64,000 nucleotides of DNA, taken from contig CATPBP010000007.1 of the NCBI GenBank assembly GCA_955652675.1, positions 19,354-83,353 on the forward strand, read 5' to 3'. Both the position numbers and the translations under genes were made by a program. The notes under the pieces were generated by a model. It was not told the origin of the DNA, ran no database searches, and worked only from the letters and a program-made list of their open reading frames with translations. Position 1 is the first letter of the stretch; the number at the start of each line of letters is the position of its first letter. Below, in pieces: positions 56,907-64,000 of the stretch. The DNA comes from Candidatus Dormiibacterota bacterium. GTDB lineage: Bacteria; Chloroflexota; Dormibacteria; Dormibacterales; Dormibacteraceae.

Positions 56907-57236
56907 ATGCAAGTACTCACGAAAACAGGCAATAGCGGCGCAATAAAAAAGACATCAGTAAAGCCATTCAATCTGGATGCCACCATCTGCGGTGTGGTGT
57001 GTCTGCTCCTGGACGGACTGCTCGACCTGGAGGCGGGCGGTCGCGTGCTGGCGCGCCTGGGGCCAGGGGCCATCGTCGGTGAACGATCTCGCCTGGACGG
57101 CCACCGGACCGCGAGGCTGCGGGCGGTGACGGCGTGCCGCGTTGCAGTCTCCAGGCCTGAGAACTTCGGCGCGGAGCTCCTCGCAGAGCTGGCAGGCCAG
57201 CACCGGGCCCAGGAGCTCGACCGGGCCGCGGTCTGA
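56907..57236 (+). pseudogene. possible truncated cyclic-nucleotide-binding domain remnant
   Basis: LARLGPGAIVGERSRLDGHRTARLRAVTACRV resembles the phosphate-binding cassette of cNMP domains. The N-terminal half is missing and replaced by an AT-rich sequence. Confidence 0.3.
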
Positions 57237-57306
57237 GTGTTGGGATCCCGCGCCGCGCCACGTAATATGCGTACCGCATGTCGGCCCCGCCTAGGAGGTT
57301 TGACCG

Positions 57307-57537
57307 GTGAAAGACAAGGTCCAGGGCAAGGCGGAGGAGCTCAAGGGCAAGGTCACGGGCGACCGGGCCACCGAGCTCAAGGGGAAGGCGCGCCAGGCCG
57401 TGGGCGAGGCTAAACGGCTGGCGCGGGACCTAGATATCGAGACCGGACGGGACCGGACGGAGGCCGTCGAAGGCACGGAAGCCACCGAGCCCCAGGCGGG
57501 GGCCGATCCCAGGCCGAGCCGTCCGACCGACCCCTGA
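57307..57537 (+). CDS. csbD: CsbD-family general stress protein
   Basis: KDKVQGKAEELKGKVTGD ... KGKARQAVGE repeats. GTG start 8 nt after AGGAGG. Confidence 0.8.
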   Translation: MKDKVQGKAEELKGKVTGDRATELKGKARQAVGEAKRLARDLDIETGRDRTEAVEGTEATEPQAGADPRPSRPTDP

Positions 57538-57561
57538 GCTTTCGTTCGGAGGCGACCGCTG

Positions 57562-57861
57562 ATGATGACGATCGTGACCCATGTCCATGTCAAAGAAGGC
57601 GCCGAGCCGGAATGGGACGCCGCCATGCGCCAGCGGCTGGAGGCCGCCCGCGAGAAGCCTGGCTGGGTCGCCGCTCAGCTGATGCTGCCGCTGGACAACC
57701 TGAGCAAGCGCATCATCGTCGGCACCTGGCAGACGCGCGCCGACTGGGAGGCCTGGCACAGCGACGAAGCCTTCACCGAGACCCGCAAACGCCTCGAGGG
57801 TCTCGAGTCCGGACCCCCCGAACACTGGTGGCACGAGGTAATCCTCGACTCAAAGCGCTAA
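57562..57861 (+). CDS. antibiotic biosynthesis monooxygenase (ABM) domain protein
   Basis: 99-aa ferredoxin-like pattern (VTHVHVKEG ... IIVGTWQTRADWEAWH). Confidence 0.7.
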   Translation: MMTIVTHVHVKEGAEPEWDAAMRQRLEAAREKPGWVAAQLMLPLDNLSKRIIVGTWQTRADWEAWHSDEAFTETRKRLEGLESGPPEHWWHEVILDSKR

Positions 57862-57874
57862 GGGAGAAACAAAC

Positions 57875-57900
57875 GTCCCCCCCAGAAGGGGAGGGAATAC
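57875..57900 (+). repeat. REP-like repeat copy (short form)
   Basis: gtCCCCCCCagaaGGGGAGGGaatac, in the convergent gap between the ABM gene and hemH. Confidence 0.5.
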
Positions 57901-57910
57901 TTTTGTCTCC

Positions 57911-58771
57911 TTAGAGCCGCTCCTGGACTATCTCGGTAAGGGCCTGGATGAAGTCGGGGCGGTCGTTGAAGGAGGGGGTGCGGCGCAGCTCCAGGCCGTG
58001 TTCGCGGGCGAACGCCTGGGCCTCCACGTCCAGGTCGTAGAGGATCTCCAGGTGGTCGGCCACGAAGCCGATCGGGCAGACGAGCACACGCCGGGCGCCT
58101 GAGCGCTGGACCGCCTGGAGGAGGTCCGGTCCCAACCAGGGCTCTCCGGTGCTGCTGGCAGACTGGAAGGCGAACTCCCACGGCGGCAGTAACATGCCCT
58201 CCCCGACCAGCCGGCAGCTCTCCAGCAGCCTCTCGTCGTAGCGATCACCCTCGGCCACTATCCGCGCGGGCAGGCTGTGGGCGGTGAAGAAGAGACGGTC
58301 GGGCCGGTAGTCCTGGAGCGCTTCGGCGAGGATCGAGCGGACGGCGGCGATGAAAGCGGGGTGGTCATGAAACCCCTGCAGGAAGTCCAGCTCTCCACTC
58401 CAGGCCTCGCGCAGCGCCCGCTCGTACGCACCCACGCTCATCTGGGCGTAGTGCGGTGCCAGGGTGAGGCCGATCAGCTTGCCGACACCGCCGGCCTCAG
58501 CCTCCCGCGCTCCCTCTGCGATGAAGGGCGGGGAGTGCTTCATACCCACAAAGGCAGGCAGGCCGAGGCGGCGACCCAGCGCGGCGGCCTGCCGCCGGGT
58601 GATGTCGTCGAGGGGAGAGCCGCCGATGGCGCGATAGCGACCCTGCAGCTCCTCCAGCGCTTCCGGCGAGGGCGGACGCCCGCCGCGGATGTGCGTGAAG
58701 TAGGGCTCGATCTCCTCCTCGGTCCGCGGGCTTCCGTACGCCATGCAAAGGATCCCGGTCGTCTCAGACAT
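57911..58771 (-). CDS. hemH: ferrochelatase (coproporphyrin-type likely)
   Basis: GILCMAYGSP start, FTAHSLP motif, HLEILYDLD. Start set at MSETTG; overlaps the hemE stop by 8 nt. Confidence 0.85.
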   Translation of the reverse strand: MSETTGILCMAYGSPRTEEEIEPYFTHIRGGRPPSPEALEELQGRYRAIGGSPLDDITRRQAAALGRRLGLPAFVGMKHSPPFIAEGAREAEAGGVGKLIGLTLAPHYAQMSVGAYERALREAWSGELDFLQGFHDHPAFIAAVRSILAEALQDYRPDRLFFTAHSLPARIVAEGDRYDERLLESCRLVGEGMLLPPWEFAFQSASSTGEPWLGPDLLQAVQRSGARRVLVCPIGFVADHLEILYDLDVEAQAFAREHGLELRRTPSFNDRPDFIQALTEIVQERL

Positions 58772-59789
58772 GGACGGCCACTCCCTCGTGCACCGTCTCG
58801 ACGAGGAGCTGCAGGTTCTCCAGGGGCGTCTCCGGCAGCACGCCGTGCCCAAGGTTGAAGACGTGGCCCGGGCGGCCGCCGGCTCGCCGCAGCACGTCTC
58901 GGGCGCGAGCCCGAACCAGCTCGGACGGCCCCAGCATCACCGCCGGGTCCAGGTTTCCCTGGACGCCCCGATCGAAGCCGATCCGCTCCCAGCCCACGTC
59001 CAGCGGCACCCGCCAGTCCAGGCTGACCAGGTCGGGGCCGGTGGCCACGATCGCCTCCAGCAGGCCGGCGGTGCCCGTGCCGAAGTGGATCCGCGGCACC
59101 TGCAGGGACTCGGTCGCCGCCATCACCGCCCTGGTGTGCGGCGCCACCCGCTCCGTGTAGTCCTCCACCGCCAGCGCGCCCACCCAGCTGTCGAACAACT
59201 GCAGGGCGGCGGCCCCGGCGCCCACCTGGGCGGACAGGTAGCCCGCCATGGTGGCGGCAAGCTTGCTCAGGAGTTCTTCGAAGGCCCGAGGTTCGTGGTA
59301 CATGAACCGCTTGGTCAGCTTGAAGTCCCTGCTCGGCCGGCCTTCGATCAGGTAGCTGGCCAGTGTGAAGGGAGCGCCCGCAAAGCAGACCACGGGAACC
59401 GGCGACTGCCGGACGACCTGTTTGATCGCGGTGATCACCTGCGGCGCCGCCTCCTCGCCTTCGGGCACCCGCAGACGGTCGACGTCACGAGCGCTCTTGA
59501 CCGGCTCGGCGATCACCGGCCCTACGTCCTCGACCAGCTCGAAGTCGACTCCCATCCCGTGCAGCGGCAGCATGATGTCGGCGAACATCACCGCGGCGTC
59601 GACGCCCAGCCGGCGGACCGGCTGCAGCGTGACTTCGGCACAGAGGTCCGGCTGTGCCACGATGGCCAGGAGGGTGTAGCGCTCTCGCAGCGCCCGGTAC
59701 TCGGGCAGCGACCGGCCCGCCTGGCGCATAAGCCAGATGGGTGTGGCGTCCACCGGCCGCCCGCGGGCGGCGTTCAGGAAGCGGCTCAT
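58764..59789 (-). CDS. hemE: uroporphyrinogen decarboxylase
   Basis: PIWLMRQAGR motif. ATGA overlap with the hemL stop. Confidence 0.9.
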   Translation of the reverse strand: MSRFLNAARGRPVDATPIWLMRQAGRSLPEYRALRERYTLLAIVAQPDLCAEVTLQPVRRLGVDAAVMFADIMLPLHGMGVDFELVEDVGPVIAEPVKSARDVDRLRVPEGEEAAPQVITAIKQVVRQSPVPVVCFAGAPFTLASYLIEGRPSRDFKLTKRFMYHEPRAFEELLSKLAATMAGYLSAQVGAGAAALQLFDSWVGALAVEDYTERVAPHTRAVMAATESLQVPRIHFGTGTAGLLEAIVATGPDLVSLDWRVPLDVGWERIGFDRGVQGNLDPAVMLGPSELVRARARDVLRRAGGRPGHVFNLGHGVLPETPLENLQLLVETVHEGVAVHV

Positions 59790-60991
59790 GCGCGCGCCGC
59801 CTCCAGCGTCAGCTCGACGTCCTCGTCGGTGTGCGCCGCGGATACGAACCAGGCCTCGTACTGGGAGGGTGGGATTAGCACGCCGCGATCCCGAAGGCGG
59901 CGGTGCAGGGCGGCGAACTCCGCTTCCCCCGAGGCGTAGAGGGTCAGCAGTGAGCCGACGCGAGCCACCCGACCGGCCGGAGCGAGCCCGCGCTCCAGGG
60001 CAGCGCCCAACTGCTCCAGGCGTCCATACAGCGCATCGTCAAGCTGGTTCAACGTCGCTTCCCCGGCCGCCATCGCCAGCGGGTGGCCGGAGAGCGTCCC
60101 GGCCTGGTACACCGGTCCGGCAGGCGCAACCAGGTCGAGCAGCTCGGCCCGACCCCCGTAGACCCCCACCGGCAGGCCGCCGCCGACCACCTTGCCGAGC
60201 AGGGTCAGGTCCGGGGTCACGGCGTATAGCGTCTGGGCGCCGCCGCGGCCGACCCGGAACCCGGTGATCACCTCGTCGAATACGAGCAGGGCGCCATGGG
60301 CGCCAGCCAGCTCGCGCAGGCCGGCCAGGAAGCCGGGCTCGGGCGGGACCACGCCGACGTTGGCGGCGACGGGCTCGACGATGATCGCCGCCACCTGGCC
60401 CCGATGGGCTTCCAGCTGGGCGGAGGTGGAGTCGAGATCGTTGTAGCGCGCGAGGACCGTGGTGGAAGCCACCGCGGCGGGGACACCCGCGCTGGCCGGC
60501 AGCCCCAGCGTCGCCAGCCCGGAGCCCGCCTTCGCCAGCAGCGAATCGGAATGCCCGTGGTAGCCGCCTTCGAACTTGAGGACCAGGTCGCGGCCGGTAG
60601 CCGCCCGGGCCACCCGGAGGGCGCTCATCGCCGCCTCGGTCCCGGAGCTGACGAAGCGAAGCCGCTCGACGGCCGGCATAGCCTCTGTGATCAGGCACCC
60701 GAGCCGCACCTCGGCCTCGGTCGTGGCGCCGAAGGGGCCCCCGCGGGCAATCGCGCCCTCCAGGGCGGCGACCACGGCCGGATGGGCGTGGCCCAGGATC
60801 AGGGGCCCGAAGGCGCCCACCCAGTCCACGTACTCGCGGCCGTCCGCGTCCCAGACGTGCCCGGCGCGGCCGCGGTCGATGATGGGAGGTTCTCCGCCAA
60901 CCGCACGGTAGGCGCGGACCGGGCTGTTCACGCCGCCCGGAAAGAGCCGGGCCGCCTCCTGGCGGATGGCGTCGCTGGTGGCCGCCCTCAT
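59786..60991 (-). CDS. hemL: glutamate-1-semialdehyde 2,1-aminomutase
   Basis: LFPGGVNSPVRAY, DEVITGFR, GKVVGGG (PLP lysine) motifs. Confidence 0.9.
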   Translation of the reverse strand: MRAATSDAIRQEAARLFPGGVNSPVRAYRAVGGEPPIIDRGRAGHVWDADGREYVDWVGAFGPLILGHAHPAVVAALEGAIARGGPFGATTEAEVRLGCLITEAMPAVERLRFVSSGTEAAMSALRVARAATGRDLVLKFEGGYHGHSDSLLAKAGSGLATLGLPASAGVPAAVASTTVLARYNDLDSTSAQLEAHRGQVAAIIVEPVAANVGVVPPEPGFLAGLRELAGAHGALLVFDEVITGFRVGRGGAQTLYAVTPDLTLLGKVVGGGLPVGVYGGRAELLDLVAPAGPVYQAGTLSGHPLAMAAGEATLNQLDDALYGRLEQLGAALERGLAPAGRVARVGSLLTLYASGEAEFAALHRRLRDRGVLIPPSQYEAWFVSAAHTDEDVELTLEAARA

Positions 60992-61659
60992 GCTCCCAGC
61001 AGCCTGGCGATCTCGGAGGGCGACCTATGGATGCCGGTCAGGATCGGGAAGTCGCGCAGCGTGGAGCGCCGGCTCTCGGTGCTCCGCAGCGCGCGCACCA
61101 GCTGTCCGAAGACCGCCAGGTCGTCAGTCTCGTAGGCGACCAGGTAATCCTGGTCGTCGATTCCGAAGGAGTAGGCGAGCAGCTGGCGGACCTGCGGGTA
61201 GTCATGCCCCACCCGCATGTGCTCGTTCATGATGCCCTGGCGCGCCTCCTTGCCCAGGAGGTACCAGTCGGAGGTCTTCGTGAACGGGTACACGATCAGG
61301 TAGCGAGACCGCTCCCCGGTGAACAGTGACTGCTCCTGGACGGTGGGCCGCTTCACGTACTGGGACGGTTGTATGAGGCCCAGCAGGCTCTCGCTCACGC
61401 GCATCCAGGGGCCGATGCCGCTCCGCAGGGTCGCGGCGGCCGCCTCTTCCAGCTGCTCCAAAGAGGGGCTCAGGCGCCAGAGGAGAAGGTCGGCCCCCGG
61501 GTGAAGGCCGATCATCGAGTAGCAGTGAGTGGTGACGCCCGGAACCTGGAGGGCCTGCTCGAACGCCCGGGCGTCTGCACAACGCTCCGCCTCGGGCCGC
61601 CTCCGCCAGGCCGGATCGAGGCCCAGAGCCAGCGCCTGCACAAAGGGGGCTTCGGTCAC
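60988..61659 (-). CDS. hemQ: coproheme decarboxylase (chlorite dismutase-like HemQ/ChdC)
   Basis: YLIVYPFTKTSDWYLL and RQLLAYSFGIDDQDYLVAYETDD motifs. The GTG start at 61659 gives a GTGA overlap with the hemB stop; the ORF is open to 61680. Confidence 0.85.
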   Translation of the reverse strand: MTEAPFVQALALGLDPAWRRRPEAERCADARAFEQALQVPGVTTHCYSMIGLHPGADLLLWRLSPSLEQLEEAAAATLRSGIGPWMRVSESLLGLIQPSQYVKRPTVQEQSLFTGERSRYLIVYPFTKTSDWYLLGKEARQGIMNEHMRVGHDYPQVRQLLAYSFGIDDQDYLVAYETDDLAVFGQLVRALRSTESRRSTLRDFPILTGIHRSPSEIARLLGA

Positions 61660-62678
61660 CGTGGGTCCTCTGCCAGCCACTTCGCCACGTCGGCGGCCAG
61701 GTAGGTCATGATCACGTCCGCCCCGGCGCGCCGGATGGCGGTCAGGGTCTCCAGCGCCGCCGCCCGGCGGTCGAGCCAGCCGCGCTGGGCGGCAGCCTCC
61801 AGCATCGCGTACTCGCCGCTCACCTGATAGGCCGCCAGCGGCAGCTGAAATTGCTCACGGGCCCGCGCCAGCAGGTCGAGCGAGGTGATGGCGGGCTTCA
61901 CCATGAGTATGTCGGCGCCCTCGCGCGCGTCCAGCTCCATCTCGCGCAGGGCCTCCCGGCCGTTGGCGGAGTCCATCTGGTAGGAGCGCCGGTCACCGAA
62001 GGCGGGGGTGGAGCCGGCCGCCTCCCGGAAGGGGCCGTAGAGCGCCGAAGCATGCTTGGAGGCGTAGGCCATGATCGCCGTACCGGTGTGGCCGGCGGCA
62101 TCCAGGCCGGCGCGGAGCGCCCCGACCTGGCCGTCCATCATGGCGCTGGGCGCAACCACGTCAGCGCCTGCCTCGGCGTAAGCCAGGGCGGCTTCCGCGA
62201 GCAGGGGCAGGCTGCGGTCGTTGTCCACCTGGTGCCCGTCGAGAACGCCGCAATGCCCGTGGCTGGTGTACTCGCAGAGACACACGTCCGCGACAAGGAC
62301 CAGCGGAAGGTCCGCTTCGCGGAACCGGCGCAGCGCCGCGGGGACCGGACCGTCGGGGGTTGCCGCGCCACTGCCCTGCTCATCCTTGCTGTCGGGGATT
62401 CCGAAGAGGAGCAGGCCTCCGACGCCCGCCGCCGCGAGCATCCTGGCCTTCTCCAGCGCCAGGTCGGGGCTGAGCCGGGAGTGGCCTACCAGAGAAGGGA
62501 TCGGCTCCTCACGACCGCTCCCGGGCACCACGAAGAGCGGCGCCACCAGTTGCCGGGCGACGAGCCTCGTCTCGCGGACGAGAGCGCGGGTCGCCGGCGT
62601 GGCGCGCAGCCGCCGCGGCCGCTCGACGCCTGGGACCTCCCCGGTTCGAACGATGCCTGGTACCAGCTCACGCAGCAT
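61656..62678 (-). CDS. hemB: porphobilinogen synthase
   Basis: RRLR, CLCEYTSHGHCG, MVKPA (Schiff-base lysine), YQVSGEYAM motifs. Confidence 0.9.
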   Translation of the reverse strand: MLRELVPGIVRTGEVPGVERPRRLRATPATRALVRETRLVARQLVAPLFVVPGSGREEPIPSLVGHSRLSPDLALEKARMLAAAGVGGLLLFGIPDSKDEQGSGAATPDGPVPAALRRFREADLPLVLVADVCLCEYTSHGHCGVLDGHQVDNDRSLPLLAEAALAYAEAGADVVAPSAMMDGQVGALRAGLDAAGHTGTAIMAYASKHASALYGPFREAAGSTPAFGDRRSYQMDSANGREALREMELDAREGADILMVKPAITSLDLLARAREQFQLPLAAYQVSGEYAMLEAAAQRGWLDRRAAALETLTAIRRAGADVIMTYLAADVAKWLAEDPR

Positions 62679-63390
62679 GTTGGATCACCTCCAGAAGTCC
62701 TTCAACGGTGGGCCGGTCGGCCTCGGCCGCGACCTCGAACCCGTGCTCGGCGGCCACCTCGGTGGTGGCGGGCCCGATGGTGATGGCGAGAAGCCGGCGC
62801 GGATGCTCGCCAGCGAGCCTCAGCAGCCCGCGCACGGCGGATCCGGACGCGAACACGACGATTCGCAGCCGGGGGTCCGCGAGCGCCTCGTTCAGGGCTC
62901 GGCGGCTCGACTCCGGCCCTTCCACGGTCCGGTAGACGTCAAGCTCGTCCACCTGGGCGCCGCGCGCGCGCAGCCGTTCGGTGAGCTCGGGTCCCCCCGC
63001 CGTAGCCCGGGCCAGGAGGACGCGCCGGCCGCTCACGGCCTGGACGCCCTCCATCGCGGCAGCCAGCTCGGTGCCGCGAGCTCGCGCGGGCACCACGTCG
63101 GCTTTCACCCCCCGCCGGGCGAGCTCCGCCGCCGTCGTCGGACCGACAGCGCCCCAGCGAACGCCCGGCTCCGGCGCGACCCTGTCCAGGAGGCAGCGCA
63201 CGCCCGTCGGGCTGGTCACCACCACCCAGTCGTAGGTGGCCAGCCGGGGAGGCGCGAAGGGGAGCGGTTCGAGGGCCACGGTGGGCACCACGCGGACGTC
63301 CACGCCCTGAGAGCGCAGCCCCTCGACCAGCCCGTCGGCCTGCTCCGCCGGCCTCGTCACCAGCACGGCGCCGGCCCGCATCCGTCTCAT
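62668..63390 (-). CDS. hemD: uroporphyrinogen-III synthase
   Basis: VLVTRP, WVVVTSPTGV, FASGSAV pattern. ATGA overlap with the hemC stop. Confidence 0.8.
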   Translation of the reverse strand: MRRMRAGAVLVTRPAEQADGLVEGLRSQGVDVRVVPTVALEPLPFAPPRLATYDWVVVTSPTGVRCLLDRVAPEPGVRWGAVGPTTAAELARRGVKADVVPARARGTELAAAMEGVQAVSGRRVLLARATAGGPELTERLRARGAQVDELDVYRTVEGPESSRRALNEALADPRLRIVVFASGSAVRGLLRLAGEHPRRLLAITIGPATTEVAAEHGFEVAAEADRPTVEGLLEVIQHAA

Positions 63391-64000
63391 GCCGGGAGCG
63401 CCACGCGCTGCAGGAGCTCGTGAGCCGCGAGCTCCGCCAGCCGAGCGCTTTCTTCTTCGGTCGCTTCTCCGACAAGCTCCACCAGGTGGTGCGCGGAACC
63501 GTCCGGCGCCGCCGCGGCCGCCAGGAGCCGCAGGCGGTCCCCGGTCACCGTGGCCAGCGCGCCCACCGGCGACCGGCACGTCCCCCCGGTCCCCTCCAGC
63601 ACGCGCCGCTCGGTCGCCACCGCCAGCCGCACGTCCGGCTGGTCCAGGGCGGCCAGCGCCTGCCTCACCTCGCCGTCCTCCAGGCGGCACTGGATGGCGA
63701 GCGCGCCCTGACCAGGGGCGGGCGTCACCACCACCGGATCCAGGCGTTCGTCGATCCGCCCGCCGGCACCCAGGCGGTCAAGCCCAGCCGCCGCCAGGAT
63801 GAGAGCATCCGCCTCGCCGCGATCCAGCTTGCGCAGGCGCGTGTCAACATTGCCGTGGAGCGGGCGGTGGACCAGGTCCGGGCGCCGGCGAAGGACGAAT
63901 CCGCCACGTCGCGGGCTGTCTGTGCCGACCACCGCGCCGGGGGCCAGCGCCGCCAGGTTGGAGCCGCCGTCCCTGGTGATCAGCGCGTCCCGGGGATCGG
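63387..64000 (-). CDS. hemC: hydroxymethylbilane synthase, 5' end outside the window
   Basis: GTDSPRR, RGNVDTRL-like HGNVDTRLRKL, PAPGQGALAIQCR, and the cofactor cysteine context GGTCRSPVGA. The frame is open to the window edge. Confidence 0.85.
   Translation of the reverse strand, partial: DPRDALITRDGGSNLAALAPGAVVGTDSPRRGGFVLRRRPDLVHRPLHGNVDTRLRKLDRGEADALILAAAGLDRLGAGGRIDERLDPVVVTPAPGQGALAIQCRLEDGEVRQALAALDQPDVRLAVATERRVLEGTGGTCRSPVGALATVTGDRLRLLAAAAAPDGSAHHLVELVGEATEEESARLAELAAHELLQRVALPA

Overview
Very GC-rich bacterial chromosomal segment (GC judged by eye, not computed). Gene content looks Terrabacteria-like, of Actinomycetota/Chloroflexota type: F420-style LLM and DDN oxidoreductases, a coproporphyrin-type heme operon with chdC/hemQ, an ECF41 sigma factor, actinobacterial-type stress genes, and many start codons sitting directly behind -10-like boxes. 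I support about 70 CDS and 3 tRNAs (Leu-CAG, Arg-TCG, Leu-GAG). I found no rRNA, CRISPR array, transposase, integrase or phage structural genes, so this is mostly housekeeping DNA rather than an obvious accessory island. Recognisable blocks: an FtsX-type ABC locus next to an OmpR/HK two-component system; hom-thrC-thrB-lysC; lpdA; two ECF sigma modules; an ArsA/Get3-like ATPase neighbourhood; selA-selB; pfkA; lon; an MsbA-like exporter; ROK kinase plus CCA enzyme; a BMP-family nucleoside ABC importer; a second FtsX-type ABC locus; glpX; type-2 IDI; a general-stress cluster; and a translationally coupled hemC-D-B-Q-L-E-H operon. Most interesting, all hypotheses from sequence reading only: (1) two paralogous FtsX/MacB-type loci, each pairing one double-module permease with two different ATPase genes, and one ATPase has a degenerate signature motif; (2) phased TGAAC/GTTCA pentamers over the response-regulator start and in front of the first ABC operon; (3) a tail-anchored mini-protein just upstream of a Get3/ArsA-like ATPase with an HSP20-like tail; (4) a REP-like family of at least 10 copies built from two CCCTCCC arms and one GGGGAGGG arm at gene ends; (5) widespread leaderless-looking promoters, including an identical CTAGGCTA-N6-GTG box in front of both pfkA and glpX. 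The many long antisense or out-of-frame ORFs in the track are treated as GC-bias artefacts.
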